A stretch of 64,000 nucleotides of DNA, taken from contig CM106586.1 in the NCBI GenBank assembly GCA_048013815.1, positions 11,842,001-11,906,000 on the forward strand. The letters run 5' to 3'. This document shows, one piece after another, positions 12,125-24,672 of the stretch. The translations under genes were made by a program, and so were the position numbers. Numbering within the stretch: the first letter of the stretch is position 1; each line of letters starts with the position of its first letter. Source of the stretch: Setoptus koraiensis (taxonomy: Eukaryota; Animalia; Arthropoda). Below the pieces are notes generated by a model. That model saw only the letters and a program-made list of their open reading frames with translations. It did not search any database and was not told the origin of the DNA.

Positions 12125-13498
12125 AGCCTAGCTATTGCGCAGAAATGGCAGATTAGACATCTAGATTGTGCCGAACAGTTTTTATCAATTATCTCAAAAT
12201 AAAAATTTAGCCACTATTTACATAATATCATCACAACTACAAAAGATATAAACGTAAAATTTTCACAATGTAAATTACTCTATTTATAGCATACTGACGT
12301 GGCGAAATTGTAAAACTAAAAAAAAAAAATGAAATATTTATCAGATTTCAAAACTTCAAAAATTCTGGCCCCATTTTTCAAATCTCTCTTATTTTTTCAG
12401 GCCCCTCTATCTCGAAACGGCCACATCAGTCTGTGCCAACATCCTTCGTGATTAATAATCATCTTCTATTCTGTCGTAAAGGCTCCAAAACTGCGAGATA
12501 TTTTGCAAATACCGAGGGTACCCCATGTTCTGGCGTGCTTGTGTTTTGGTGCATGGGCCCCTCAAGATCTGGGGGATGCTGATGCGAAACCATATCTTGA
12601 TGGTTTTTCAGCTTCACCAAAGAAGCAAGAGAGTTAACAGAAGCTGCGATACTCACATCGTGATCTTTTTCTTCCCGCAGTGTACAAGATTTTTTCAAAT
12701 AAAATGATCTAGTTTGACATCTCATCAAACTGTGTGGGTGCCTTAAGTCACATTCTGGGCGATCTTGGAGCGAATTTTTCGCTCCGAGCGAAAGATCTCT
12801 TACCTTGTTAGACACACCTCTTGTTAACCCTCGTTAGAGTCACCTGGAGGAGTTAGGGACCAAACAAAGTTTCTTTTTAAGACTATTGTCTATGACTTCC
12901 GATGCCCAGTTAGAGAAATGAAAAACGACCCCGAAAAAAAACGGAAATTCTGAGTGTTTTATTTAATCGTTAGAAACCCTACATCTGATAGAAGATATTA
13001 TCGCTGCACTAACTTATGATACTGTTGTAAGCTCAAGAAGAGAATTTTCTTCTTGAAACGTACTGATAGATTTCTGTGAATTGTTCTGGCATTGTGGTCA
13101 TTTGATCATGTCAGACGCTCGCATATCTATTCAGCAATGTAATAAGTAAACCTGACTAAAGATATCTTCGACATGATTGAAAGTTGCGATAGACTTCGTT
13201 TAATTAGGCTGTCACTCTGTTAGGCGGGTTCGCGATCGGCGGCTGGAACAGTAAAGCAATGAAAAGACTTTCCGGTATGCTGGCAACTTAAGAAAACTGC
13301 CCCGACTTTGATAAGGAGCCCTGGAGATCTCATGAGTGCCGATTAGCTGACACAATATACTGATGATAGATTCATTGCAAAGTCAATAACTTGTCACAAG
13401 AATTGCTATATTACTAGATAACTAATGTATCCTCAATTTGACAACTTTTCTTTTTGACTTTCTCTGTCTCTCCCTCGCTCAATTGTCAATCAAATCTC

Positions 13499-16400
13499 TC
13501 AAGGGGCCTTAGTAGTGGTGGTTGTGGTTGCTCCTTTCTTGCCCGCGGGTTTCTTGGTGGTAGTCGTAGTGGCTGATGCCTCTTTTTTGCTACCTTCTTT
13601 CTTGTTACCTTCTTTCGGGGAGCTTGTGGTAGTGGTAGACTGTTTGCTATGTTCATCGTGTTTCTTTTTTTGCTCCTTCATTTTGTCGCCCGCGCCGGCC
13701 AATGGCGAATAGGGCATAATTGAGCTGACTATATCGGAAATGATTTCGTTATCCTCCTTTTTGTCCTTGACATCCCCCTTGTGTTTGTCCTTGGCGTCCC
13801 CCTTGGATTTGTCCCCTGCTCCTTTTGAAGCTGGTTTTGCTGAACCGGCTTTAGCAGTCGTGCTAGATGCGGCCGGTTTGCCAGTTGTAGTGGTGGCAGC
13901 TCGCCTCTCTCTGGCGGATCTCTTTTCTTTGCGAGGTTCACCTGCGTCCTTCTCTATGGATGGCATTGGCGTAGTTGTTGTTGAATGTTTGTCGTAACCC
14001 GAGCTAGGCGGCTTTGTTTTTGTGGCCAGACCCAATGGCGATGGTGTGGTGCTGGGTTCATTCTTTGCCGCTTGAGTTATATCTTGAGTTGATTCATTTT
14101 TGGTCACCTTATTGGGTTTTGCCTCCTTCAACTTTTTGCTTTCTTTCATCTCTCTTGTATCGCTGGTTTTTGTGTCTCTCATGTTCCTCAGTTGGGCCGA
14201 TCTAGACTCTAATGCCAGTAGTAGAGGCGATTTATCGTCTAAATCTCCGCCATGCAGTGAACGTCTTTTCCTGCCCCCGAGGCCATAGAAACCTCTGCCC
14301 CTGCGCTTAGTTTTTGTCGGGGTGGCTGTCGTTGTTGATGTTGTTGGCGCCTCAGTAGCTGTGTGTTGTTGTTTTTAACGGCCATGCGTGGTCGAGCCCA
14401 ACATCGAACAGAAGCAGAGATGAAAAATGAGATAGAAGAAAACAAAAGCATCATGATGAATAATCAGTAAGATGGCCGATGTTGGTGATTGATTTATTGA
14501 TTTGTCAAGGCGCGGCTGTTTAACTGTGGTGAAAATGTGTAACAGGTGTAGCAATATTGTCAAATACAGTCAGTTGATGTCAATGGAGCATTTCGTCTCT
14601 ATGTCGATCAGTCTCTGTTGGCTTTACAACTGTCTATGTGATACAACAAATACTAGTAAACATTGACAACACAACGGTTAATGGCTAATGTTAATTACTA
14701 CGGCATCTAATTACTTACTGTTTTCGTCGTCTTCGTCGCCGGATGACAAGGCCTCTGGCGACGAGCTTGTCGTGGAAGTTGTTGTTGGCGCACTGGTGGT
14801 GGTGGTGGGCGATGGTGTTGTGGTTGTGGTTGTTTTTGAGTCAGATTCACATTTTTTGTTCTTGCCCTTCTTAACACAAGCAGTTCCCTTGTTAGAGGAT
14901 GCTGCAACTCCGTCCTTCGATCCGGCGCCCGAGGCCAGGTGAGAGGCCGCGGACATGGCCGCCTGGGCGCCCTCGAGAGCCGACGCTCGTGCTGCAGCCG
15001 ACGGTTTCACACTGGTGCTGGTTGTCGGCGTTGCTGTTGTCGATGGGGCGGCATCACCGCTGTCGCTGTCCGAATCACTGTCATCGTCAGCGTCGCCCTT
15101 CTTGGCTGCTGCTGCCGGAGCTGTCGTTGGTGTCGCAGTTGACGATTTTGGTGCCTCGGTGGAGCTAGCAGCGCCCCTCGAGCCAGGCGCTCCGGTGGTG
15201 CTAGGCGCCGCGGTCGAGCTGGGCGCTCCCGTGGAGCTGGGCGCTCCCGTGGTGCTAGGTGCTCCCGTGGTGCTAGGTGCTCCCGTGGTGCTGGGCGCTG
15301 CGGTCGAGCTGGGTGCACCCGTTGTTGTGGAGCCTTCGTCCAAGCCGGACCTCGATTTAGCTGGCGCCGCTGTCGTTGTCGAATGTTTGCCATGCTTCTT
15401 ACCTTTGCGATGGCTTGCCAATGGTGCTTTTGTTGATGATTTGCCATCAGTTGCGTGCGCTGGCGCCTTTGTGCTGGCGTGCGCCGCGGGCTTGGCGGAT
15501 GCCGGATGTTTGGATGTTGGGCTGGCCGGATGCGCCGATGTCGATGTGGGCGCGTTGTGATGCGGCGCCAATGTTGAGGCTGCCTTGGCCGGTGCTACCG
15601 TCGACGCTGCCTTGCCCGGTGCTACCGTCGACGCGGCCTTGACCGGCACGACCGTAGACGCTACCTTGGCCGGCAAGAGCGCGGCCGCCGGTTTCTTGGT
15701 AGTTGCTGGCGGTTCGGATGATTCCGAGTCCGACGAGTCCGAATCGCCATCCTGTTCTGGCGACTTGCTGCTAGTTGCGGGCAACGGTGTCGTCGTTGTT
15801 GTTGGTGCTGCCGTTGTTGTCGTCGGCACTATCAGGCATTTGTATTTGCGGCCAACTCGTTTCAAGACACATTTCTTTTGGGGAGGATTGGGCACGCTTG
15901 TGGCCACCAGCGCCGACCTAGAACCTGTCGGTGCCGGCGGAACGCTGGTTGTTTTGGCCGTCAGTTCGGCTGGCTTGGCCGTGCTAGGCGCGCTAGTGGC
16001 GCTCTTGGCGCTGGGCGAGGCTGTCGTCGTTGAGGGCTCGTCCGAATCCGAATCATCTTGGCTGGAATCTTTGCTAGTGGTCGATGGCGGATGAGTTGTC
16101 GTTGTTGTTGTTGTGGTCGTTTTTGCTGATTTGTGTTTCTTTGAGCCAGCCTTGTGCGAATCTAAGTGTTGTTTGGCGCAGTAATTGTGGTCGATTGGGG
16201 ATAATGAGCAGAAATGAGTAGATTAAATTTAGTCAGACAATCAGATCACCAGCGAGACCGCCCCAAAATGCGAGCTGCAGTTTGGTCACTTACCACTCTT
16301 GGCTGGTGTCGGTTTGACAGTTGTTGTTGTTGTTGTTGGCGGGGCCTCGGTTGTGCTTGGCGCCCCATCGTAGTCGTCGTCACTGTCGGCAGATCGACGA

Positions 16401-19312
16401 CGACGACGCCGGCGACTCGCTGCTGCTGCGGCTGCCGCCGCCGCCGGGCCCGCTGCCGCCGCCGAGCCCGCTGCACTTGCATCCGGTATTGCACCAACAA
16501 GCGCCTCCCCTGTTACTAATTCCGCTCCGGCGGTGGCACCCAGGGGTGCCACTTCCTCAACTATCTCAGTGTATTCAGTTGCACCAGCGCCCGATGATCC
16601 AGCCGCTGCCGCTGCTGCAGCATCAGATCTTGATGCAGCAGCTGAGGCCACAGCTGGAGCGCCACTGGGCTCCTCTAACAATGTTATAGTTTCATTGGTG
16701 ATAACGGAACCGTCCTCTGTTGCTGGCACAAAACTAGCGGGCAAATTCTCCACCGTTTCAGTGGTGGTAACACTAACTTCCGGTTGGGCCTCTATCACTG
16801 CCGGAGCTGGCGCAACTGCGTCAGGGGCGGCCACGGCAGCTATGGCTGCACGACTGGAACCCTTGGTCGCTTTGGCCGCAATTTTGGGTGCCACGGTGGC
16901 TGCCGTCTTGGCGACGGCCGCTGCCGCCAATTTGGGCGCCAGTTTAGCCTGGGCGCTGTCGTGACCGGCCAGCGCGCTTGCGGCAGCGCCGGCGTGATCG
17001 GCCGCCTTGGCCGCAGCCTTCGAAGCCACCGCACCTGTTGCGGCTTTTGCGTGTTCCGTGGCTGTGGCCGCTGCCGCTGCATGCTCACTTCCGGTGTGCA
17101 CAACTGCCACAGTCGGGTGGGCCGTTGTTAGGGGCGCCAGTACGGCAACTGTAGGCTTCTTGGTGCTGGCAGCATGATGAATGACAGTGTGAGTCTCCTC
17201 GGTCACTTTCGCGTGCGGGGGCGCAACAGTTGTGGAATGGTGCTCCGCTACCGCCACAGCAAGCGGCGCTGCGGCGTGGGCCGCACTGCCTGCCGCGTGG
17301 ACAGCAACCGCTGCTGGCGCCGGCGCCGCCTCGTGATGAACACTGACCGCCGGTGCCTCGTGATGCTCGCCAATTGTTTCGTGTTCCGTTACGGGCTCGG
17401 TGATTGTCTCAGACACAGTGGTCACTCCGGTTGCCTCGTTGTGCTCGCTAGTCTGGCTGATACCGACCGAACTGGGCTCGGGCGAGCCGGCCGCAGCCAC
17501 TGACTCCGCTGTGCTCACCTCTTCCACTATCTCGGTGCTGGTCACCTGCGAATCGGCGCCGGCCTCGACATGGTGAGCGGCTTCTGGATCTGTTGCGGCC
17601 ACCTCTTCGGTGACAACTGTCACTACCTCTTCCGATGAAACGGGCGCTGCCGATTCGACAACTGCCGCCTCATGAACGGGCGCTGCTGTCGTTATGTGAG
17701 CCACAACAGCCACCGGCGCTGCAGTGGCCGGAGCGGAAGTGGCCACATGATGATGGACGGCGGCCGCTAGCGCGGCCGGATGGGCCGCCCTACTATCGGG
17801 TGACTTGGCCACGGCATCGCTCACTGCCTTGGCCACTTTTTCGGCGTGATTCGACTCGGAATGGGCCACGGGTTTGTCGTGGCTCTTCAATTCAAGCTCT
17901 TCGTCCACGTTCTTGGCCACAACGGACGGTATGAGCAAACAGAATGCCCTCATTGGTGGCGACAAACTCTCGCACATTGACTTGTAACTGAACGGATTGA
18001 CGCCCTTTGCCTTGGCGGCCGCCGCAGCCAAACCGTTTCCGTTTGCCACGGACGACTCAATGAGCGCCAACGCAACAGGTTTGGCCGTTGTTGTCGGCTC
18101 GGCGTGGTGCTTGGTCTCAACGTGAGTCTCGGTAGTATGGTGATCGCCGTTTGCATCGGTCACATGGGTCTCTTCGTGAGTTGTCTCTGTGGTAACGGGA
18201 CTGGCCGTTGTAGTGGCAAGATGATCAGCTGCTGCTGCTGCTGTCACCAGATTTTTGGCTGCCTTTTTGGTGGCCACTTTAGCGCCAGCCGCAGCGCCTA
18301 TCTTGGCCGCTTTGGCCGGATGAACGCCAGCCTTGACAGCGGCCTCGGTGTGCGCTATTGCCGCCGCTTTTCCGGCCTTGACATGAGGCGCCTCGGTGCT
18401 GCCGGCAACCAAATGAGATACGGCTGCCTTTGCCGCTGGCGAAACAGTTGAATGAGCGTCGGTGACCACGGCAACGTGCTCACTGTGGCTGGCGGGCTCC
18501 TCTTCAACCGTTTCCTCGACAATTGTTGTTACAGTCTCCTCGACGGGTGAACTGGTTGTTGTAACGTGTTCCGGTTTGGCGTGATGCTCGACCACTGTTG
18601 TCACTGTTTCGTTGGCGTTGTGTTTTTCGTGCACGTCCACCGATGTCACCACTGGTTTTGTTGGATGTGGGCTGACGATCTTGCTGATTGGTTTCTTTGT
18701 TGTGATACTGTGCCCCGTTACGGTGGCAGTGTGGGCTCCGATGGATCCATGCTGTCCATGGCCAGTGTTGCTTTGCTTTATGGCCGACGCAATGGCTTTG
18801 CGATTCTTTTTGTCCAACAGGTCCGACAATGGACCTGTCACAATGATTACGTGTGCCTCCTTCTCTTTGCTTGTGGTGTGACCGCTTGGATTCTTTATAT
18901 TGGTCTTGGTCTTTGTGGACACCATCAGAGGCTTCTTGCCATCCAGGTCGGCACCGTGTACTGTTACAGTCGGTTTCGCGGTGCTTGATTCGGCGATCTT
19001 TGCAGCAAGCGTCGCGGCCGCTTTAACAACCGGATGCTTGGTTGTTGTGGCTGGTGATACCTTTACAACCACAGGATGTTTGGTGGTTGCTGCTGGCGCA
19101 GGTGGTGGTGGCGGTGGCGCAGTTATTGGCGAGCTCACTTCCTCGATAATCTCTGTTGTTTCGACAACATTCTCAACGCTATCCTCTCTTTTGAATCTAA
19201 ATCGTGATGTCTCGCTGTCAGAGGGTCTGGCGTCACTTGAGTGCAACGATATGACTATCAAGAGAATTAAACCAATTGCCGATCTAGCATAATAATTGTT
19301 TACTTTCACCAT
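13499..19312 (-). CDS. Large secreted mucin-like / low-complexity protein, ~1773 aa; exons 19312-16294, 16161-14719, 14358-13499
   Basis: Three track ORFs join through two phase-1 GTAAGT...AG introns (16293-16162, 14718-14359) with the frame preserved (5322 nt). Signal peptide MVKVNN...SLHSSDA; Ala/His/Glu-rich, then Thr/Ser/Pro-rich, then Lys-rich blocks. Confidence 0.85.
15160..15325 (-). repeat. 18-bp coding tandem repeat (GAPSTT-like, ~9 units); a 24-bp AASTVAP-like repeat lies at ~15570-15680
   Basis: Visible in the DNA and in the translation of mucin exon 2. Confidence 0.9.
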
Positions 19313-20828
19313 TTTTACGACTGAACCAGATATAGATTCAAAGCGAACAAACAGGAGCCTTGGAAACTGTGAGCTCCGGTAGAAGTTTGGCTCAATGTAG
19401 CTCACTGCTCAGGAGTTACTATTTCGGTCTGTAAAATCTGAGAAAGGATTCAGGAAATAAATATATGAACGATAATTGTTGTCTCATAAAGTGCGTGACT
19501 GTTGTTTGTTGAAATATAAGTAGCTAGAGGAAATATTTTGAGGGCCCTTATAACTATCGTATCATCATATCAATCTATCAACGATAGAGTACCTGGCAGA
19601 GTATGATAATTTTAAAGCTAGTGAGTAAAGCCACTATCTTGCGATAAACAATACCGATGGACGATAACTAACCTTGTACAATTGGTGGTAATCAGCGGTA
19701 ATTCGGTCGGACAAATATAATGGCCACTAAATTTATAATTAAACTATACTATATTGTATAAAGCAATCTATTTGGCTATCTACCTACCAATAAAATATAA
19801 GATTGTGCTAATGGAAGAAAAAAAAAACTACGTGGCCATAATAACATACATGCTTGTCTTACAAATTTTGTTGTATTTCACCATTATTCCACAAGTAAAT
19901 TCAATTTTTTGATTCAAGAGATCAGACGCTAATATCAAATAAATTAAGATGTATCTTTAAATAAGTTTTTTCTCCAAAAAAGTAGCTCCATTCTGCACAA
20001 GCTGATTGATACTTGACTAGATACTCAAACAGATTTGTGCGACTATTAAAAAGAAAGAAGGATCCGATTACCTGGCAGTCTCTGGTGATGGATCTCTCAG
20101 TTATAGCTATCACTGGCAAGACATTTTCTCAATTGAATTTGATTAAATAGAAATTCACACACTTTCAGAGAGTTGCTAAATCACTTGATCAATTAACTTA
20201 TGGGTCCATGAGATAAGTACAAGTTTAGCTATATAAAGGCAATGGACAAAACCATGTAACTCACGCATCTCGATGTGGACAATTATGGCCAGAAAATCAG
20301 CCTGATGTGGGCCAATCTTCATATATATTTGTGCAATACCGACCTGGGCACTTTCAAGCTCCATCCTGAAGTCCCTTGTCGTATCGATGCACGTGAACCT
20401 TGCATCACTAACCTATTCGGAGTGGCATAAGCTTGTCGTTGGTTCTGACCTATACATGTTAACATTTTAGAATACATGTTTTCTTATAGACTGATCTAAA
20501 TTCTACTGATCATCATTTTTGCGTCGGTCTATCCCTTCAACGCACAGTTCCTGAGATGGCTCGCGGGAACATACAAGTCTGTCATCGATATCATTATTGA
20601 ATGATGGTGCATTGTGAAATGTAACACAGTAAATAAGAAGTGTAATCTGGACGATTTAGATTTGTTACGGACGAAAGAAGCAGACTTAGATAGAAGATTG
20701 TTCCATAAAAAGGCGACATTTTGCAGCAATAATTGTGATTCGACACTGTGCACGATCGTGTTTTTCTTTTCTTTAATTATTGTTATTTACTATTGACGGA
20801 AAGAGAATTCAAAATAGAAAATCACTGC

Positions 20829-21691
20829 TTATATCATCTTCCTTAGTAAATGATTGATCTTGTCCTCTCTGTTTCCGGCATCTCCGCCCTCGACATAGTG
20901 AGTTGTCTTCTTGCGCCATCCGTGTCTTGGGTTGTTTAATTTAAAGTGCCACAGGAAGTTGTTTGCTTGCTTGAAGTGGGATCCTACAGTGAAGATCTCA
21001 TGAATTAGATCCTCCATACAGATGATGTCGTGTTTCTTAAGACGCTTCTCAATATATTCATTGGATGTTAATGGAACACGAGAGCCATCAATTCTACCGA
21101 AACCACGTTTGTAGATGAGTTCACGAACAGTCTTCAAACTAGGATAACCCCAGGTGATGTACGGTTCAGCAATTCTCAACATGTTTACAGTGGCCTTGTT
21201 TAGTCTTACAAAGACTCCATTGTTGATTTGTCTCAATCTAAGCAACTGAAGAACCTTTCTAGGCTTTGGAGGTACTCCATTGATTCCACGAATGCGGATG
21301 ACAAAAGCCAATTTCGGCTCTGGCGGTATATAGAAGTTTCCATGTGATTTTGCTTGACGCCTGAGACGAATTTGATCACGTTCTCTAAGTCGGTATTCCT
21401 TGACGTATTTTTCAGCACGCTTGAATATGTTCGAATGCTTCAGACGTCGGTCCTTTTGGGCTTTCTGGGCCTTCACCCTATGAGCCTCCTTGATGGTTTT
21501 CCTCAATTGACGCTTCTTGAGGACAGACTCAGGCACCGTTGGTACCTAATAAAATCGATTGATAGATTGAATTAACAAGTGTGAAAATGGATGAGGATAA
21601 TTATGACATAAGTGATCGATTCGTTATTTGGTTAGAATTTTGTCCATTCACATTGAGAGAGAAAAGTTACCTTTGTTGCAGTTTTACTCAT
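20829..21691 (-). CDS. RpL7: 60S ribosomal protein L7 (uL30), 245 aa; exons 21691-21671 (MSKTATK) and 21545-20829
   Basis: [58 protein letters not shown]; phase-0 GT-AG intron. Confidence 0.98.
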
Positions 21692-21847
21692 ATTTCCTGT
21701 TCTAAATATTGAATAGTATTTTATGTCCTATACCCTATCAGTGATAGAGTCCCAAAAAATACGGTGGTAGCGGTCTAAGCCGATAAATAATTGTGTAAAT
21801 TGTTCCGAGATGATGGTCTCTCAATTCAAATGGCCGCAAGCATTTAC

Positions 21848-21858
21848 GTGGAAGGGAA
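21848..21858 (-). promoter_or_regulatory. Putative RpL7 5'TOP/TCT start and tiny non-coding first exon, followed by a 5'UTR intron 21847-21697
   Basis: Minus strand TTCCCTTCCAC|GTAAAT ... AACAG|GAAATATG; pyrimidine-tract starts are typical of ribosomal protein genes. Confidence 0.5.
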
Positions 21859-22119
21859 CACACCGACGTATTATCATCAATAAGAATGCCGCATGCTTCT
21901 TCACATGGCTGAGAATTGAGCACAGAAAGTGACGGTAGTAGCGCACAAATCATTGCCTTCATCCAGAACTAAGCCTGGAGCTGTGCATGAGACTCGGTGC
22001 ACAACAAACAACACTGTCCACTGTGCCGGATGCGAACATGTGTGTGCATGGAATATAGTATAAGTGAGATGCGTGCGCATCCGATCAACTTTGTGGCGCA
22101 CTAATTGAAAAACATTTGA

Positions 22120-22455
22120 CTGAAGGGGCGTGGCTCCTCACCTCCCAATTCGAAAGGAGGTTTCCTCATTTTCACACAGGGAGGAGAAGCTGCTCAGCAC
22201 CGGGTCTCGGAACGAGGAGAAAAAGCTTCAGAGTCTCCCATCGGTTTGAGATACTCGATTCAATTATTCACCAGAAGATTGCCGAGCAAGAAGCACCTTA
22301 ACGGAGAGAGGAAATAGTTGAAAAAGTCAGAAAAAATAAATTTCAGTCCGCGCTGGGACCGGAGAGCCGGCCTTGAAAAGCCTCACTTCAGAGGATGGGA
22401 GACGGCTGTTCGGGCCTCCCGTCGGCAGTACAGTCGTGCAGGCCCGCTGCAGACA
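22120..22455. other. GC-richer island dense in stem-loops between divergent RpL7 and TPD52; candidate structured RNA or element relic
   Basis: Several short stems checked by hand and a perfect 10-bp long-range complement (22233-22242 with 22394-22403); no known ncRNA motif matched. Confidence 0.35.
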
Positions 22456-23209
22456 AACGTTCTTGAATTGACCACTAGTAACACAGTAACACGCAAAAAA
22501 CTAACTGCTGCTATTGTATCTGCTCGTGAAATCTTGTCGGATTGTCTCTACATCTAGCCAAACTAACAAGAGCATACTAGTGCTTCTCTTACATAACGAA
22601 TAGACATTTATACCTAGAGCATTGTTATTAAATCATTTTTTCTTCTTCATTAGTCAGCAACTCATGCATTCCCCGCAATAGGCTTGTATGTTTTGCAGCA
22701 TACGTCTTCAAAAGCAGCACAAGCGATAACAACAACAACATTGACAGGACACCGTGATACAAATGTGCTATGGTAGTACTCTAACGATATCTACACGGTA
22801 GCTGATATTGTCTTGAAGTTATTTATTATTATCATCATTATTACTACTATTATTACTATTGAGTTGCTAACAGTGAATTCAGAGTTTAAACCGTACAAAT
22901 CTGGAATACCCTAGCACCGTGCGAAGGGATCTAATTGGCGCTTGCTTCGTAGTTATTATAGTCAGCACATTTGACAGTTTGCAGTAAACAACAATCGCCT
23001 TCTGTATACAGTAATACACGACTTGTATTCATAACATTACATCTTTATTATTTATAGGAAATATAGTGATCATTATCACTAAATTGCTCGCTCCTTATTG
23101 CAACATATGGTGCCAGATATCTGAATCTAAAAAAGACGAAAATCAATCTGCAATAGCATTTGCAGTCTATAGATAAAAAAATTCATAGTGACAATAACTA
23201 TTTATAAAC

Positions 23210-24672
23210 ATGGATGCAAATCAACAAGAGCTCAAAGTGGACAGTGAGGAGCTCAACTATAGTCCACAATCAGATGGACAGTCATCATTTGATCTCGAAG
23301 GAATGGATCCCGAGCAACGCCAAAAGCTCGAGGAAGAACTCAGGCTTGAATTGGCAAAGGTACCTATCATCTTGATATATAACAATGGCTGACACTAACT
23401 ATTAATCTATTCAGATGAAACAATTCTAATCGTTTGTTTTTCATCATCACCAACTATTGTGATCCACATAGACTGAGGAGGAGATTCAAACCCTGAGACA
23501 AGTTCTAGCAGCCAGAGTAAAGCACTCACATGAACTAAAAAGAAAGCTAGGCATCGGTGTTTGGAAGGAACTACAAAATGATTTACAGCAAAGCATCAAG
23601 AATGTTCAGGAGACTACTGCGTACGTAATTCTACCACATTTGAATGCACTATTAGATAAATATAAAACTCTTGGAGCCACAGCTTTACCTACAAACTGTC
23701 GCACGTCTTTAGTCAGACTTTCAAACAAGTTACGCGCCTCCATCACCTATCCTCTTAAAAGCTATGGTCATGGACTACTGCCTTCATTACTCCAGAACCA
23801 TTTACATGCAACTACTACTAACATCACCAATACTAAAACTACTTCAGAATCTCATGATAATACTGATGAATCTCATGTTAGGATCGCCGCTAGCGATCTT
23901 AATGATTCAAATCTTGATGGTGATCATAATACTATTAGGTAGTGCCAAATCGCTTAAATCTATTTTATAAAATTGAATGAACAATGCGACTTTCTTGCCT
24001 TCTTGCTACTAGTGAGAGGGCATGTATTGTTTGCTTTGTGTTTGCAACCTTCAACTTTAGACGAAATAATTGCAAGTTGCAACTCATAATCACAATCTAA
24101 GAGAGTGTTTTATGTAGATTTCATACAAAACTCCTTGCAAAAATCATGAAATCATGCGAACTAACTTATACTCTCTTCTACCAACCTTACTCTATCCCCC
24201 TCTCAAACCTTTCAATGAACTCATCATCAATACATAATCCAACTGACAAACTAACACGAACATACTTCACCCTGCTCAATTAAAAAACCCAATGTCTACA
24301 GTTCCGGCTTGGGTATATTTAATGCGCCGTAGGTTTTTCTCCAGCTAAACTCTGACTACTAAAACTGCCGGATTTCTGGCCTTTGTTCACAAGATTAATT
24401 ATACATTTTGAGATAATACTAAGAAAAATGCCTTTTTATAATGTCTATCCTTAAACAGATATCAAAAGACTAGTGAAACTGTCAAATTCGCGGCAGAGAA
24501 AACGACTGATATATTTGGTTCCTTGGGCGACAGCATTGGAAAAAGATTGGTCGACGTGAAGAACTCATCGGCTTTCAAATCATTTGAAGAAAAAGTAGGC
24601 TCAGCTGTGAGCAATGTCAAGACAGGAGCCAGTAATGTAACTGTAAGCAATGAAAATGACTCAATTAGTTAA
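23210..24672 (+). CDS. TPD52: Tumor protein D52 family; exons 23210-23359, 23472-23620, optional 23717-23938, 24459-24672 (3' end uncertain; possible further exon near 25275)
   Basis: EELRLELAK|TEEEIQTLRQVLAARVKHSHELKRKLGI and AYQKTS...VKNSSAFKSFEEKVG; intron phases compatible. Confidence 0.92.

Noticed and set aside
12459-12815. 118-aa minus-strand ORF
   Set aside because: No motif, no initiating ATG and no splice support.
13515-19292. Many plus-strand and alternative-frame ORFs over the mucin gene
   Set aside because: Shadow ORFs of GC-rich repetitive coding sequence.
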